From contig CAIIXF020000001.1 of assembly GCA_903813345.2 (NCBI GenBank), forward strand, positions 44,206,001-44,270,000: 64,000 nt of DNA. The letters run 5' to 3'. The position numbers and the translations under genes were made by a program. This stretch comes from Owenia fusiformis. Lineage: Eukaryota. Of this stretch, positions 13,201 to 28,200 are shown piece by piece. Positions within the stretch are counted from its first letter, which is position 1; each line of letters opens with the position of its first letter. The notes under the pieces were generated by a model. That model saw only the letters and a program-made list of their open reading frames with translations. It did no database searches and had not been told where the DNA came from.

Positions 13201-16200
13201 GTTATTGTAAATGACACAGTTTGTTGGAAGGTTCAATCCAGAATGCCTTTCCAAATAAGATTGTCTATTTTTGTAGAAGGTTTTATGTTGCACCTACCTT
13301 AAGCAATACATTCAAGGCAGAATGGATTCCTGACTATAATGGCAATTTCAATATGGCCTCCTTTTTGAAACTAAAATTTCTGCTATACTTTCATATTGTG
13401 TATCTCTCACACTTAGGACCCTCTCTTATTTCATGTTTGAATTATAAAATAGTGTCAATACTAGACAATAAACGTAAATTCAGAGGGGGTCTGGTTTGTG
13501 GAAGTACCTCAATCTGTCAATGAATGGAAAAGGTCATTCACTGTTTACAACAACATCACAACAGGGTGTCTTTCAATACAATTGGATTACTAACTATTTA
13601 TGCATGAATGGTACATGAAATGAAGCTTAGTAGATTAGGACACATTGTACTTCTTATATTGACAAGTAAAATTTAGTCTATCTAAAAAACTCAAGATTTT
13701 AATCAAGGTTCTGTGAAAATATGTCAAAATTACTCATTTGAAGAGTCAACTTGACATGTGTTAAGAATCACTGTTAAAAACACATTTTTACCATATTTTC
13801 CACGCTATTTTTGTGATTTGTTGAAAATATACTTAAAGTCTCCGATAAATCGGGCTACGTATACCGCCGTGTTTACATTAGGGGATTAGAAGAGTTTATT
13901 TTTTATTTAGGTATGCAAGCTACGTATATCAATATTAGGCCTTCATTCATGTACTCGTGTGCATGTAATCAGCATGCCCTTCAATATTATGTAAACCAGG
14001 CTATTCAAGTACTGTATAATGTAAACTATTTATGTGTGTACTACATACAATACAATTCCTTGGGAAACAAAACACAAATACTTTTTATATGTTCAAAATG
14101 AGCCATTTGATTGATGCAAACACTAAATAGCTTCATAAATAACATCTACAAAGTATATCTAATAGTAATTTTCAATTTCAATGGTGAAACTTCCCTGGTT
14201 ACGATTATATGGGAAATCATCTCGAGACGAAGATCGTTCGCCTTCCTGGCTTACCTCTGAATCGTGTACCTGGTAATCTCTTTATATAGTTTAGCGAGAG
14301 CGGTGCGCCTGCGCACTTTTAAACTTTGGCGCACACTTTAATAAAGATTCATATTGCATAAAAAGAATTCTGGAATTCCATTTTACCCTTTTCAATAATT
14401 TTCTAAGTTCTTATAGGTACACTAATGGGTACGGATCCTTTGACTGATGACTTATCTACACCTCTTTCCTTTCATCAGAGAGCTGAGTAGAATCATGTCT
14501 AATTACATTTTTTTCTGATTAATCCACTAAATTTCAAAATGGTGGATGATTCTAAAAAACCTAATAATATGACAAGTCATTATAGTTTGCAAACTTGACC
14601 ATCATACTTGAGATTGTTAATTACATTTATTACATTGTGCGAAATTACAATTGTTTAGAATAGTTTATAAACTGGATTATCACATTTGAAGTTGTTTATT
14701 TGTACTTTTGGATATTTATCACCCCTTCAAAAATTTAACTATAAAATATTTTTCATATGCTGTCCGACCATCGAAAAATCTATTTATTTTCTCATTCGGC
14801 TGTATTCTTAAGTTTTTCGCCAATATATAATAAATTTGGCCAATGACTTATCTTCACCTCCTTCCTTTCATCAGAGAGCTGAGTAGAATCATGCCCAATT
14901 GCATTTTCTTCTGATTAATGCTCTAAATTTCAAAATGGTGGATGATTCTAAAAAACCTAATAATATGACAAGTCATTATATTTTGTAAACTTGACCATCA
15001 TACTTGAGATTGTTAATTACATTTATTACATTGTGCGAAATTAGAATAGTTTATAAACTGGATTATCACATTTGAGGTTGTTTATTTATATTTTTGGATA
15101 TTTATCACCCCTTCAAAAATTTGACTATAGTTCATTCATGGAATTCTGGTAAATTCTTGGAACTCTGACAGTTCAGTTCAGTTCAGTTCAGTGTCTTTAT
15201 TTCCTCCACATAGGTGAAGATTTAAACATTACATATAATTACAGACAATTCACATTAACAGATTATTTACATTTGTACATATGGTTACATATAGATTTAC
15301 ATTTAGAGTTTTTACATTTCTGTTTGTTTGATAACTGTTTTCACCATAAGATCAATGTAATATGCACTATTCAATAGGAACTGTTCAATTGTACCATCTT
15401 GGCAATTTTGAAGTACATCAGTAGTGCTTCCTAATAACGTTTCTACAATAATATCTTCAGAAGTGTTCAATAATTGAACTGATAAATCAATAGGTAGTAT
15501 ATTAACAATACCATCTAAGAGTTTCTCTCTCAAATAAATAACTCGGATATGCTGGCAGTGAAGAACAAGGTGACTGACCATATCAATTGTTAACTTTTTA
15601 CATGCAAGGCATTTTGTTTCTTTTTCGGTAAAAAGTAAAAGGAGTGAAAGTAACTGGCCAAATCGCCAAGTAAACATGGGATATTTTAGACCAAGTTCCC
15701 AATAAATAATAGGCTTATATTCTATATGAACATTTGAAAAGCGTTGTAATCTTGGATTAATGTGGACAGTCTCTCGCCATGTTTTTGATTCTGTATACTG
15801 AATTTGGCCATTTACTAATAATTTCCATTTTCCTTTGTCCAAAATTCTATGTTTAAAAGTATTTCCTTCCAAATAAGTTAGGAATTCTTGACGGATAACA
15901 GGATATGTATCTAAAATAGACATGACGTCACTTAAAAAACCCTGACTATGCAGATTATGGACATCTCGTACAATCGTGCTCGCAAGGCGAATTATAAATA
16001 TTTTTTTCTGTATTAAGATGTCACTTAATCTGCATAGTCGTCCTAGAAACATTAATTTTAATTTATGTATATACGATTGCACTGAATATTGCCCCAGAGA
16101 GCTTATCACAGCTCCACTCGGTGTACGATTCACCATACCCTGAAATCTTTTTGCTATGTGACGCTGTGTAATCTCTACTGTTTCAATTTCATTAGGACTT

Positions 16201-19200
16201 AAAGAATACCATAGTTCGCATCCGTACATTGCCGTCGGCATAATGATACGATTCCATATTTTAAGACTTACTAATGGGTTAAGTCCTCCATTGTACATTC
16301 CAATGTTGCATAAAGAGTTAAAACACGCTCTAGCTTTTTTATTAGCATCTATCTGAGTTTCTTACTGCATTTGGATCCAATTTCGAATATCTGCCTACTG
16401 ACTACGGAATGGGCACATTTGACTTCAAAAAATAAGTCATGAAAATACACCAAAGTAGACCAAATGATTTGATTGAGGGATTTTAACTTTTTCTAAAAAT
16501 TGATCTTTTGACTGTCAGACAGAAACTGAAAAATATTTTGGTAAGACTTTTCCAGGAAAAAATCCCAAATGACTGCCTTAAAACAACATGCCCAAAAATT
16601 GTTGATTCAAGGATTTTATACCAAAAAGCATCCAAGAAAGAAATTTAATTCTATCAAAAAAAATTGCTGAAAACCTGTAGACAAGACATTACACAAAAGA
16701 TTTAGAATGGAAAATCCAAAAATAGCCACCTAAAAATTATTTATTTTCAACCCTGAAATGTCATGGAATGTACATTTAGATGAGGCAAGCTGATCGCAAT
16801 ATTACCAAGGGTTCAAATAAAACGGTGACCTAGCTGTAAAACATTGACCTACATGTAGATCTCTGTAAATTAATGAGATTTAAAATATTTTTCTCAATGT
16901 AACAGTGATTTTTATGTAATGTAAATTGACTGAGATTTCAAGCATGTACCGAGATGTGAACTAATTGACTGCAAATTCAACTTACTCTTTCATGAAGGCT
17001 ACTAAGTCTTCTGTTGTTCGTCCTTTGGTATAGTCAAACTGCATTTCTCCATTTTTAAAGTATTTTACTGCAAAACAGTAACAAGAACAATATTAAAATT
17101 TTGTGTCACTATACATAACACCTTAGCGGATATCAAAATTGTCCCACTCAATTCACCTTAACAAGATCCTATCTTACTTGTTGGATATCCTTTGATATCA
17201 AATCTTCCAGCAAGGACCCTTTCCTGCTGAGCATCAACTGTGCTCAGTTTTCCACTAATCCCTGCTGTACTGAGCTCTTGGGCTGCTTCAGCATATGCTG
17301 GTTTCATGGCTTTACAGTGACCACACCCTAAAAATGGAAAACACACATTCAATGGTTTATTTGATACAAGCAGAGTTTTGAAAGATAAGTTTTTATTTAT
17401 TTATGTATTCATTTTACTTAATTCAAATAATTCTTTGGCATGTTTAATAAATTATCTTTTTTCTGTTGTTAGGTTGTCAGTCAAAAAATGGAAAACACAC
17501 ATTCAATGGTTTATTTGAAACAAGCAGAGTTTTGAAAGATAAGTTTTTATTTATTTATGTATTCATTTTACTTAATTCAAATAATTCTTTGGCATATTTA
17601 ATAAATTATCTTTTTTCTGTTGTTAGGTTGTCAGTCAAAAAATGGAAAACACACATTCAATGGTTTATTTGAAACAAGCAGAGTTTTGAAAGATAAGTTT
17701 TTATTTATTTATGTATTCATTTTACTTAATTCAAATAATTCTTTGGCATATTTAATAAATTATCTTTTTTCTGTTGTTAGGTTGTCAGTCAAAAAATGGA
17801 AAGCACACATCCAATGGTTTATTTCATACAAGATAAGTTTTATTTATTTATGTATTCATTTTACACAATTCAAATAATTCTTTGGCATATTTAATAAATT
17901 ATCTTTTTTCTGTTGTTAGGTTGTCAGTCAAAAAATGGAAAACACACATTCAATGGTTTATTTGAAACAAGCAGAGTTTTGAAAGATAAGTTTTTATTCA
18001 TTTATGTATTCATTTTACACAATTCAAATAATGCTTTGGCATGTTTAATAAATTATCTTTTTTCTGTTGTTAGGTTGTCAGTGAGAAATGTCGTAACATG
18101 TAGGCATATGTAGAAATTATTTTGAGATTAAGATTATGTTGAAGTTTACTAAGGCTAGAAAATTGGCGTCCAAATGTCTACCAATGTGGCAGAACATAAT
18201 TTCATTAGGGGAGGGAGTAAATGATGCCTTGTACTATTTGTTTAAGTTGTTACAGGCTAAATGTTAGATTTTGGACCTTTTAAGTAGGCAGCCACCATAA
18301 ATGAATGCCAGTTGGATATCATTGGGTAATTTTGTTTCTAAAAATATTAGTTTTCCTTTAGTTATGGGGAACAACAAGGGGTTGAAACTTTTGAAAACTG
18401 TTACCATTTGGACACCATATCTAAAACTATCAACATTTCAAAGTACGAGGGGTGATCAATAAGTAATGGACGCTTTTTTACACAGATGCTTTTTATAGAC
18501 CAATCCCTTCGATTTTCTTACCAGTGATACATCATTCAATTATCTATCAACTCTGAAGATTTGAAGACAGAATATATAATACAGGTTGATATATCCTTAT
18601 TTCTGTGAAGGAGGTACAGGTACCCCAGGACCGACATTTACGACACATATTCTGAAGCTATTTTAGCTTGTTTAACATGCAATGCAGTTGAATGCAGGCT
18701 GTACAAAACAAACCATTATGCTCATGAATTACCCCATTTTGTTTTGCCATAGTTGATTTTGAATATTTTATCATCACTATGTGGTATTCATGCCACATTC
18801 ATTCCACAGGGCCCTCTAAGTAGGTTCCATAAAGTGCTACATGTATACAATTCCTCATCCTCTTAACTCAAGATTGTGAGACAAGGCTGAATCCATTCTC
18901 TGACATGGTAGCAAGATGCAGTTGCATGGGTTGTTTTATCATGTTTATTTCATCAATGTCAATAAACCTGCATCCTTTCTCTATAGAAATAAGTAGTATA
19001 GAAATTAACAAGTCACATGTGAGCAGATCTGGACAATATGGTGCATTGGCCAAGGGCTCGATCTTGAGTTCCAGGGATATTGTTTTCTGAACATTTTGTG
19101 ATCTGTGGGCAGGTGCATTGTCCATATGGAGTAGGGTGTTCCTTTCTCTCACCACCCCTTTCTTCCACAATGCTTTCTCAAATTGACCTGCAAACCCCTT

Positions 19201-22200
19201 CCATACAACACTCTGACATCACAATACATTCTGTTTATGTGTTACCAGTCAGCAAAAAATTTCAAACAACACAACACTTGTTGCACATAAAAAGTTCCAA
19301 TCTAACTGAAATTTACCATACTGGCTAAAAACTGAATATGTGACGTAAATGTCGGTCCCGGGGTACCTGTACCTCCTTCACGGAAATAAGGATATATATA
19401 AGTATTATATATTTTGTCTTCAAATCTTCAGAATTGATAGATAATTGAATGATGTATCACTGGTAGGAAAATCAAAGGGATTGGTCTATAAAAAGTAACT
19501 GTGTAAAAAAGCGTCCATTACTTATTGATCACCCCTCGTATATTCTACTTACAGGGTGCATAGAACATGACGAGTACAGACTCATGTTGATTGATAAATT
19601 CATTGAATGTGTTATCTGTGAGATGTGTAAGCTGGTCTGCTCCCGTGAGATCACTCCATGATTCCTCTGGAGCAGGAGGAGCAGGTGGTGAAGATGAGAG
19701 TGGATTCAGCGGATCATTCATAAAGTTTACGAAATCTCGTTCCTTGAATGTAAAATAAAACTGAAATTAAGCTACATGTATAATAAATCTCAAATGTAAG
19801 ACACATGTTCAATTTTCATCTCTTTCAAATCAATTGATGGATATTCACTGATAACAACTACAATATTTTGTTTTAATGAAAGTATGCCTCATCTTGAACT
19901 ATCAGAGTCAATGTGTACAGGGAAGTATGCAATATCATATACATGCATATCAGATCACAGAGAAAAGAACTCCGACATAAAAAACAAGAAAAAATACTAA
20001 AAAGCTTTGTATATACATATTTAATATGCAATATCTAACAAGACTTACCTCTCTTCCTCCTGAGTAAGTTTGAGCATCTTTTCCATAGTTGAAATATTTT
20101 AGAGTTGGGTAGCCCGATACTTCAAAGGCACTGCAAGTACTTTGATGTTTGGTGCAGTCCACAGCAGCAAATGATACCTGGAGGTGGCCAGGAAATGAAT
20201 CAATTAGCTCAATTTTCTTATCAAATTAATTCAGTTAATTTAGATAGCTTTAATTGAAATCAGTCTCCTTTACAGTATTTTTCTATACACTACCAGTTAA
20301 TTTGCTTAAAATGGGTCAGTGCTGATCTATTCCTAAAATATGCCAAAATTTAAAACTGTAGGCTGTTATGATTTTTGTTTTTGTGTGATAATCAATGAAT
20401 CAACATTCATCACTCATCATCTTTCTGTCTTGTAAATGGAAGATGCTCAGATATTATGATTTGAAATTGTTGATAAGAAAGATCAACATGAAACTTCTAA
20501 ATCACTCATCAAATTAAATTGCTAGTCCCAGTCAAAACAAAATTGAAAATTGTCAACAATCATAATCGTAATTTGTTGTAATTGCAGGATGTGTACTGCA
20601 TGGACCTACATTGATGCATCTACAATATTTTACATACCTTTCTGTCATCTTTGAATTGAGCGGCAGCTGCCATAAATTCTGGCTTGGCTCTTTTACAATG
20701 GCCACACCCTGATGAAAACAAACAAATGAAGAACTTAGTATTATGAAAGAACAGCCATAATGATGAAAACATTGGTAAGAAATACTAACCTTCTTCATCA
20801 TCTTGTCTACTATCTCACGATATATTCATTCATATAGTCATTTTAAAAATTGTAATTTCATGAAAGAAATGATGATCAACAACATGTCATTTTTATCTGT
20901 TTATAAATATACAAGGCATTAACATGCAAAATGTCACCACCTGCCAATTGTTACAGACCCTAACCACCGAACACAAACCACTGAATGTTGAACACTGTCC
21001 ACTGAAGAATATAACAATATGTCATCACTTCTGGTGTGACATAATAAAAGTATATATACTATATTAAAATAAGTTATACTTACATGGAGCATAAAACATA
21101 ACTAAGCAGTGTTTTCTTTTCTTTAATGTAGATTTGAATGTCTCATCAGTTAAATGCTCAACGTCACTTTCAACTTCGGACCATTCAGGTTCTGGGGGAG
21201 GAGGGGGTGGGGGCTCCACAGGGTTTTTCATAAATTCAACTATTTTTTCAGCAGTTCTTTCATTAAAGTCCCATTTTGACTCTCCATTGGAGAAAAATTT
21301 GACAGTTGGATAGCCCTTCACTTCGTATTTCTGGGCTACTTTAGGGGATTTTGTCGCATCGACTGCTGCAATTATACCACTGACTCCCTCTTCTTTTAAT
21401 TCTGAGGCAGCTTGTTCATATTCTGGTTTCATCTTTTTACAATGTCCACACCCTATAAGAGAATATATCATTTAAGGTATAGTAAGGATATGATGTAAAT
21501 TGTGTAATTGTTTGTGAAACTGAAGTTTCATTTTCATAATACACACAGCAAATCAGATATACCAAAGTAAACAAACTGAAAAACTTTCTTGTTAAAATTT
21601 TTGTTTAATAGTTTCAAAATTAAGTGTTCAACATAAAAATGTTCTCATTTCTGCGTAAAATAATATTCTAAATTCATTTTATAGGTCCAACTAGGCAATT
21701 GAGGCTACTGTTTGCAGGTGCCAGGTTTTCATGTGACCCAACAGTACACCCGTTATAATTACCATACTGTACACCCCTCCATTCTCAATATGCCACTCAT
21801 GACTCATGAGTAATGAGTCATCACACAAGTGAACTCAAATATAATCAACTTACAAGGTGCATAAAACATGACTAGAACAGATTCTTTGTCTGCAGTGAAT
21901 GTATCAAAGTTTTCATCTGTGAGATGTTCTACATCATTCTCAGCATCAGACCATTCAGCTTCTTTCTCTGGTTCCTTTGGTGGCTGGGGGCTACAAATAT
22001 GAAAGTAACAGTGTGCTAAATAGAGTTATACCGTATTTGCCATATGACCTTGACGATCGCTCAGTTAGTAAAATGTTGAAACAAATCTCTGAAACGTGAT
22101 CATTTCCTTCATTCATTATGGACTATTTGAGATAATATTAGCTGATTGTTTCTGATATATTTGTAAATACTTGGTCATTCCTCGATATTTTTTGAACTCT

Positions 22201-25200
22201 GTGAAGCGGGATGGGCGCTTATTAGGGGTGGGCCCTTATTACAGTGATTACGGTAACTGCTTCTACAGTTGCCTACATATATAGGTCTTTATAGGACATA
22301 CACTATTTCAAAGAATATAATTTATATCCACAACATTTCATATCTGTCAAATTCTGTAAACATCAAGATCTAATCGCATTTTTAGAGAAAAACAGCCTAT
22401 AGTTGCTACTTATAACTCACCCTCATGTACACCCCTGATCCACACTATAAAAACACGGTACCGAAGGCACATTAAGAGTATGGTACTGTACCCCAAACTG
22501 TACCGTATGGAACTGTTGGAGATTGGCAGTACATGTATATATGTATATTTATTATTTAATTACAAGAAAAACTTACTCTCTCATCCAGGACACTAAGCCA
22601 TCTTTAGTATTTTCTCCTCCATATTTGTATTTCATCTGACCTTTCCTAAGACACAAAACAACACATGCAAATGAGATTGATACAACATACTGTATTTTCT
22701 AAACAGGAAGATGGGCAGACCCCTTAAGTGGGCTATAAGAGAAAATAAAAATTAGGTATATCCTTCTTAGTGACACTATTTTTAATGTTCAAAAATGAGT
22801 TCAAATTTCAAAAGTTATAAAAATCCCATGCAAATAACAATAAAAAGACTCACTCAAAGTAGAGAATGGTTGGGAAGCCTGTTATATTAAAGGCAGTTCT
22901 CACATTCATATTCTCTGGTTTATCTACATCCATACCAGCCATTACCTAAAATGTACAAATAAACATTTGGGGTCTCATGTAACATTTGGGGTCTCATGCT
23001 TTTCAAAGTATAATGTTGTGTGCCGCAAGGAGTCTTTCAAAATGTGATTTAAAAGTTCAACATTTTTCACAATACTGTACATCATTTCTTTACTATAACT
23101 ATATATATGATACATGCTAGAGAGATTGCTGGTACAATTTCACATGAAAAATATGATTACATGAATGTTAAAATCAAATGTAATATAATACATTCGTGCT
23201 TACTGATTCGCCTTTAAGTTCTGTGGCTGCAGATGCATAGTCAGGTTTAATTCTTTTGCAGAATCCACACCCTAAAACAGTTACAGGCTCTATATACATA
23301 TCGAATTATTACAAGGTTAATTAACCAAATCTGATAACCAGTATTTGAGTAAACAAGATTTTTATGGATATCATAATTGATTTATTTAGTTATTTTATCA
23401 TTATTGCTTAAATCATATTTAAATCCCAAAGACACCCATCCTTTACAACAAAAGTACTTCTATCAAAGCAATTGAAATTAGGAAGATTTGAGAATCAACA
23501 AAACAGTCACTTTAAACATGCAAGTTTCATTCAATTTTTTCCAATTAATAAAGCCAATTGTTCCATTATACATGTACCAAGTAGTGGTACTTGATTTTGG
23601 CAAAGAATATTCTGCCCATGAAATTCTCCCATCAACACCTGTACCGTAACTACTTAACTGATAAAAATCAAACTTGAAAACGTTTATGGACAAGACATGG
23701 AAATGTTAGAATAAATGTGCATAGGTCCATTAAATATTTAAGATATAATCAATCATCTCATGTATTTTACTAGGAAAAACAAGAAAAGTCAATCTCACAA
23801 ATAAAATATGAAATTTTCCTCATCAATGTTTTATTGAGAATATACTATCAATCTAACTATACTATTTGTACACATTAATACTTTTGTAACAAATATTGTT
23901 GTTGTAATCACAAAATGCAAATAAATCATTCAATTGTTCACTTTCAACTGATCAAACATTCATTGTCAAGAAACAAAGTCAATTTGCACGACTGAATTGT
24001 GTTTCGACAGTGTCAGATAGTTATTGATTTCACATTGCTGAACTTTATAATTTGCAGATTTTTTAAATTAAACTCATAAAATATTCATTATTTAGTAGAA
24101 ATAGCAATTTATTCTTGTACAATTACTTTATCTAGGTTTTTATCAATATGAAAAAATAGTAGTATTTTATCATTCATTGACAGATCTGACTTAGGAGGAT
24201 TCATTATTAATATATAAAGTACTTTATCAGAGATAAGAAGGCATTTATGACTGCCACAAGTTATGATATGATCATAAGTTCAGTGATCCAAATATTCAAG
24301 AAATTGTTATTGTCTAACAGAGCGATCTGCTCCTGTAATTATGAGATAAATTGAGCAAGATAAGAATCTAAAATATTATTTACTTACATGGGGCATAAAA
24401 CATCACCAAGAGAGGCTTCTTTTCTTTAGTTATCAGTTTATTCAATGCCTGGAAATGAAATAATTAACTTATTTACTTATTTTGCCATCCTGAATGCCAA
24501 ATGGTAGAAAAATAGCTCAATGACCTATAATTGTGGTGAATGACCTATTATTGTGGTGAATGACCTATTATTGTGGTGATATATATGTATGTACATGTAC
24601 TTAAATTCTTATGGTCAATAAAAATTTAGAGAGAGAATACTTTTTGGATTCGTAATTGTAAGCTGCGATGTGGCCCGTTTGAAATGTTTTTGATGTCAAA
24701 CGAAAGTTGAGTACATGTACTTGTTATTTTGCTAATAAACACTGAAAGTACGCCAAGCCTCCCTTTAAAGGAGCTTTTCTATGTCTACCATGATATAACC
24801 TGAATTAGCCACCTGGTGGTGAGACTAGTAACTACCTAATAGCAACTAGGTTGTTTGATTATGAGTAGAATTGAGTGCAATCTTTAAAGATGACTTCTCA
24901 TACTTACAGCTTGATGTTCTATATGAACTACATCTCCTGCAGTGGAATCCTCCTCCCACGGTATCTCCCCAGTAGGATCTCTCATGAAGCTAACCATAGA
25001 CTAGAAGTAAAACAATCATTCATTGTATTTTCCCGGACTGAGTGACATCTGACATGGGATATTACTTCCCTAACATCAAATATGACTCAATCAATAAACA
25101 AATTCAAAACACTAACAGTTATCATCTTAGTCTATTGGGTGTTTTGGTGTTTTTTCAAAGCATTTATTTCATAGAATAGTTCAGAAGTACCAAACAATGA

Positions 25201-28200
25201 GTTACAAACTTGCTTTTCTCGATAAAAATGTTTTTAAAGTCATCCTAATATGAGATGTTTCTTCTTACAGCAACCACATTATAAAATATTCTTACCTTAA
25301 CTGTATTTTTTCTGTCATAATCTTTATTGTACTCGCCATCTCTGAAAATATTGAATCCAAAAATTTGAACTTAAATGAAAATTTACATTAAAAAAGTTCT
25401 TTCTCATTAGTGATCCTCCTACTTATAGCTACATCAGATATTGTACATTTTTAAATGCATAATAAAACAGCACAAAAATAGTTTAAAAAACCATATGTGC
25501 GAGTATAAAATTGAAAGCAACGAGAAACTAAGAATATTTTTGTAATTGTATGATAATTGTAAATATCACATGCTTCATCTGACTTACATGTAATGTTTCA
25601 GTTCAACTTACTTGTAATGTTTCAGTTCAACTTGTAATGTTTCAGTTCAACTTACTTGTAATGTTTCAGTTCAACTTACTTGTAATGTTTCAGTTCCACT
25701 GTACTGGGGGATGCTTTGGACTTTTTGCATAATTTTTTGGCTTCCCTGAATAGAAGACAATTTGAAAAAATTAAATATTGGCAAAAATAAATAAAAATTG
25801 AAAAAGGTGAAAACTTAACAGAATTTATTTTCATAATACTTGTGAAAAACGTGTAAACTTTTTAATGGCTGATAATTCTGAAGGAAGAATAATCTTCATA
25901 CAAAAGTAATATGAACAACATAAACTTATCAATACATTCATGACTGAGTGTCATATTTGACACCTTTCTAGATTTGGTTGTCTAGATTCATTTACAGGAC
26001 ATCAAATAGTCAAACATCGAATATTCTTTAACACTTACCCACAGTTGACATATATGAGAGTTCCAGTGCCCCTAACTTCATCTGCCACCTCACTGAGAAT
26101 TGGCATCAACTTACTTACAGCTTTATCTGAAATATATTAAGAAACAAATATATGTACTCGGTGTCATGTCACCGCTCTAGTGATCAATGGTATTTTAGGC
26201 TGAGATTGTGCAGAATACAAATGAATATGATTTACTGCACAGGAACCATTATACCATAAATGTTTCTACAACAACATTCTACATGTAGTAAGAGTCTTTC
26301 AGGGTCGCTCTTTATCTGAAGAACTCTTCTCTATCGTGAGAACTCTTCCTGAGATAGAACATTGGATCACACAATAGGTGAGATTTTATTTTCATTTTTC
26401 TCTTAGTCAAGTCTGTACCCTAAAATACGACTTTTCCATAAAACGCAATATTTGGACATATACCATTTTTACATTTTCATACAACTATGAAGATTATTAA
26501 TGCTTTATTATATAGTTGACATAGTTATAAAGTGTTTTATATATCAAAGCGCAACCATTGAGTTAAAAAATTAAATGCACAAAGCGGGATTCCAATCACA
26601 GTCGACTGCGTGCCAGGCGAGCATTATCCCACTAAGCCATCTCTTCTCAGCTTCACATATTCCCCATTGAAATTTGAGACTAAATACAACCTGGTTCTCT
26701 AGGATTTGAGTTATGCCCTGGTTGATAGGATGGGCTGACAGACGGATAGACAGATAGACGGATGCCTTTACTATATCCATATCGAGCAAAGATATTAAGT
26801 TGCGATCAAATGATTACACGCTACTTAATGGGTTTGATTCCTTTTATTGATAGGCAATATGAGAACATTCAAAATAAATAATGAATTAGAAATGATTTAA
26901 TCAAAGCAAACACTTACAACAAAGACTTTATTGTTTGAAGATTGATATATGCAGCAGATGGACTTTGATCAAAAGGTTATTCCATTTCAATAAATTAAAT
27001 TCTTGTAAATTATGCAGTCTTTTTATGATTTCATTGATACAAATATACCACAATCGAGAGAATTATGTGATAGGCCTAAAAGAATTGAAATTAAATAAAA
27101 AATTATGAAGTTATGTATTGTAAATGATGTCATAAAATATATATTGATAAAAAATGTTTTGCTATAAACGTGTCATTTTAATGAATTATTTCATATTTGA
27201 CATAATTTATGCCATTAATTTGATCAGGCAATAACATTAAAGCAATTGCTTCTTGGCATTATTTTTCAAAAGCATTTCAAAAGGTAGATGTCGAAAAATT
27301 GACTATATTTGAACAGTTTATTTGACTATTAATCCCTCCTCCTCATAAAACCTATGTTTGAGAAATATCGATATGCGTGTTAAGTCACTCTTGATCTAAC
27401 ATGCTGTAATACAGTAAATTTTTAATAATTATTCCAATCTGTATTTTTGTACAGTATCAGCATAACATTATCTCTTGTATTGTATCTAACTGTAGAATCC
27501 TGAATTTATATCCAACAAATTTTGCTCAAATAAAATTCCTGGGAACGATGTCGGAATGCTAACTTTTAAGGCTAATGACCTCCTCCCCCATAACTGATGA
27601 AATAAAGTTAATTCTCCGACATCAATCTTTTGAAATGCTCCCTTAATATATTGAATATATTTCTCATGGCCGCTTACACAGAAGGGTGTAAAAGGATCCT
27701 TCAGTATTGACATGTTGCTGAGCAACCATATATGGAACTGTCAAGAGTTAGTATTAATCATGATTTATTTATTGCATTTCCACATAAAGTTAATCAATCA
27801 TTTCAGTCCTGTTCGAATCAATCCTACTTCAAAAAAAAGATAATTTTAAATTGGGAGATTTCAACCTTTTATCAAGTATCTTGTATGACCCTAATATATA
27901 AAACATCTCAGGTGAAAATAGTGACAGCCCTACCTAGAAACAAAAATGTATACTTTAGCATATCAGGAAAAACAAAATAACCTTAATTGACATTCATTTT
28001 ATAAACTATCTGATAAAATATCTGTTCATTTTTCATTCCAAGTGGGTAATTACAAAAGCTCACGCGACACCCATGTGAGGTCAAAAATTTGTAAAAGGGA
28101 AACAGATCAATGCTTTATCATTCTCCAAAAGCAAAATTATCCTACAAAAAGACTAAAATAATTCAATTTCTTCATTTAATATTCCTGGTCTTTTATTCAT

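Noticed and set aside
17466..18113. Three near-identical small ORFs (MLGCQSKNGK…)
   Set aside because: Products of the 154-bp intronic tandem repeat, with non-ATG starts.
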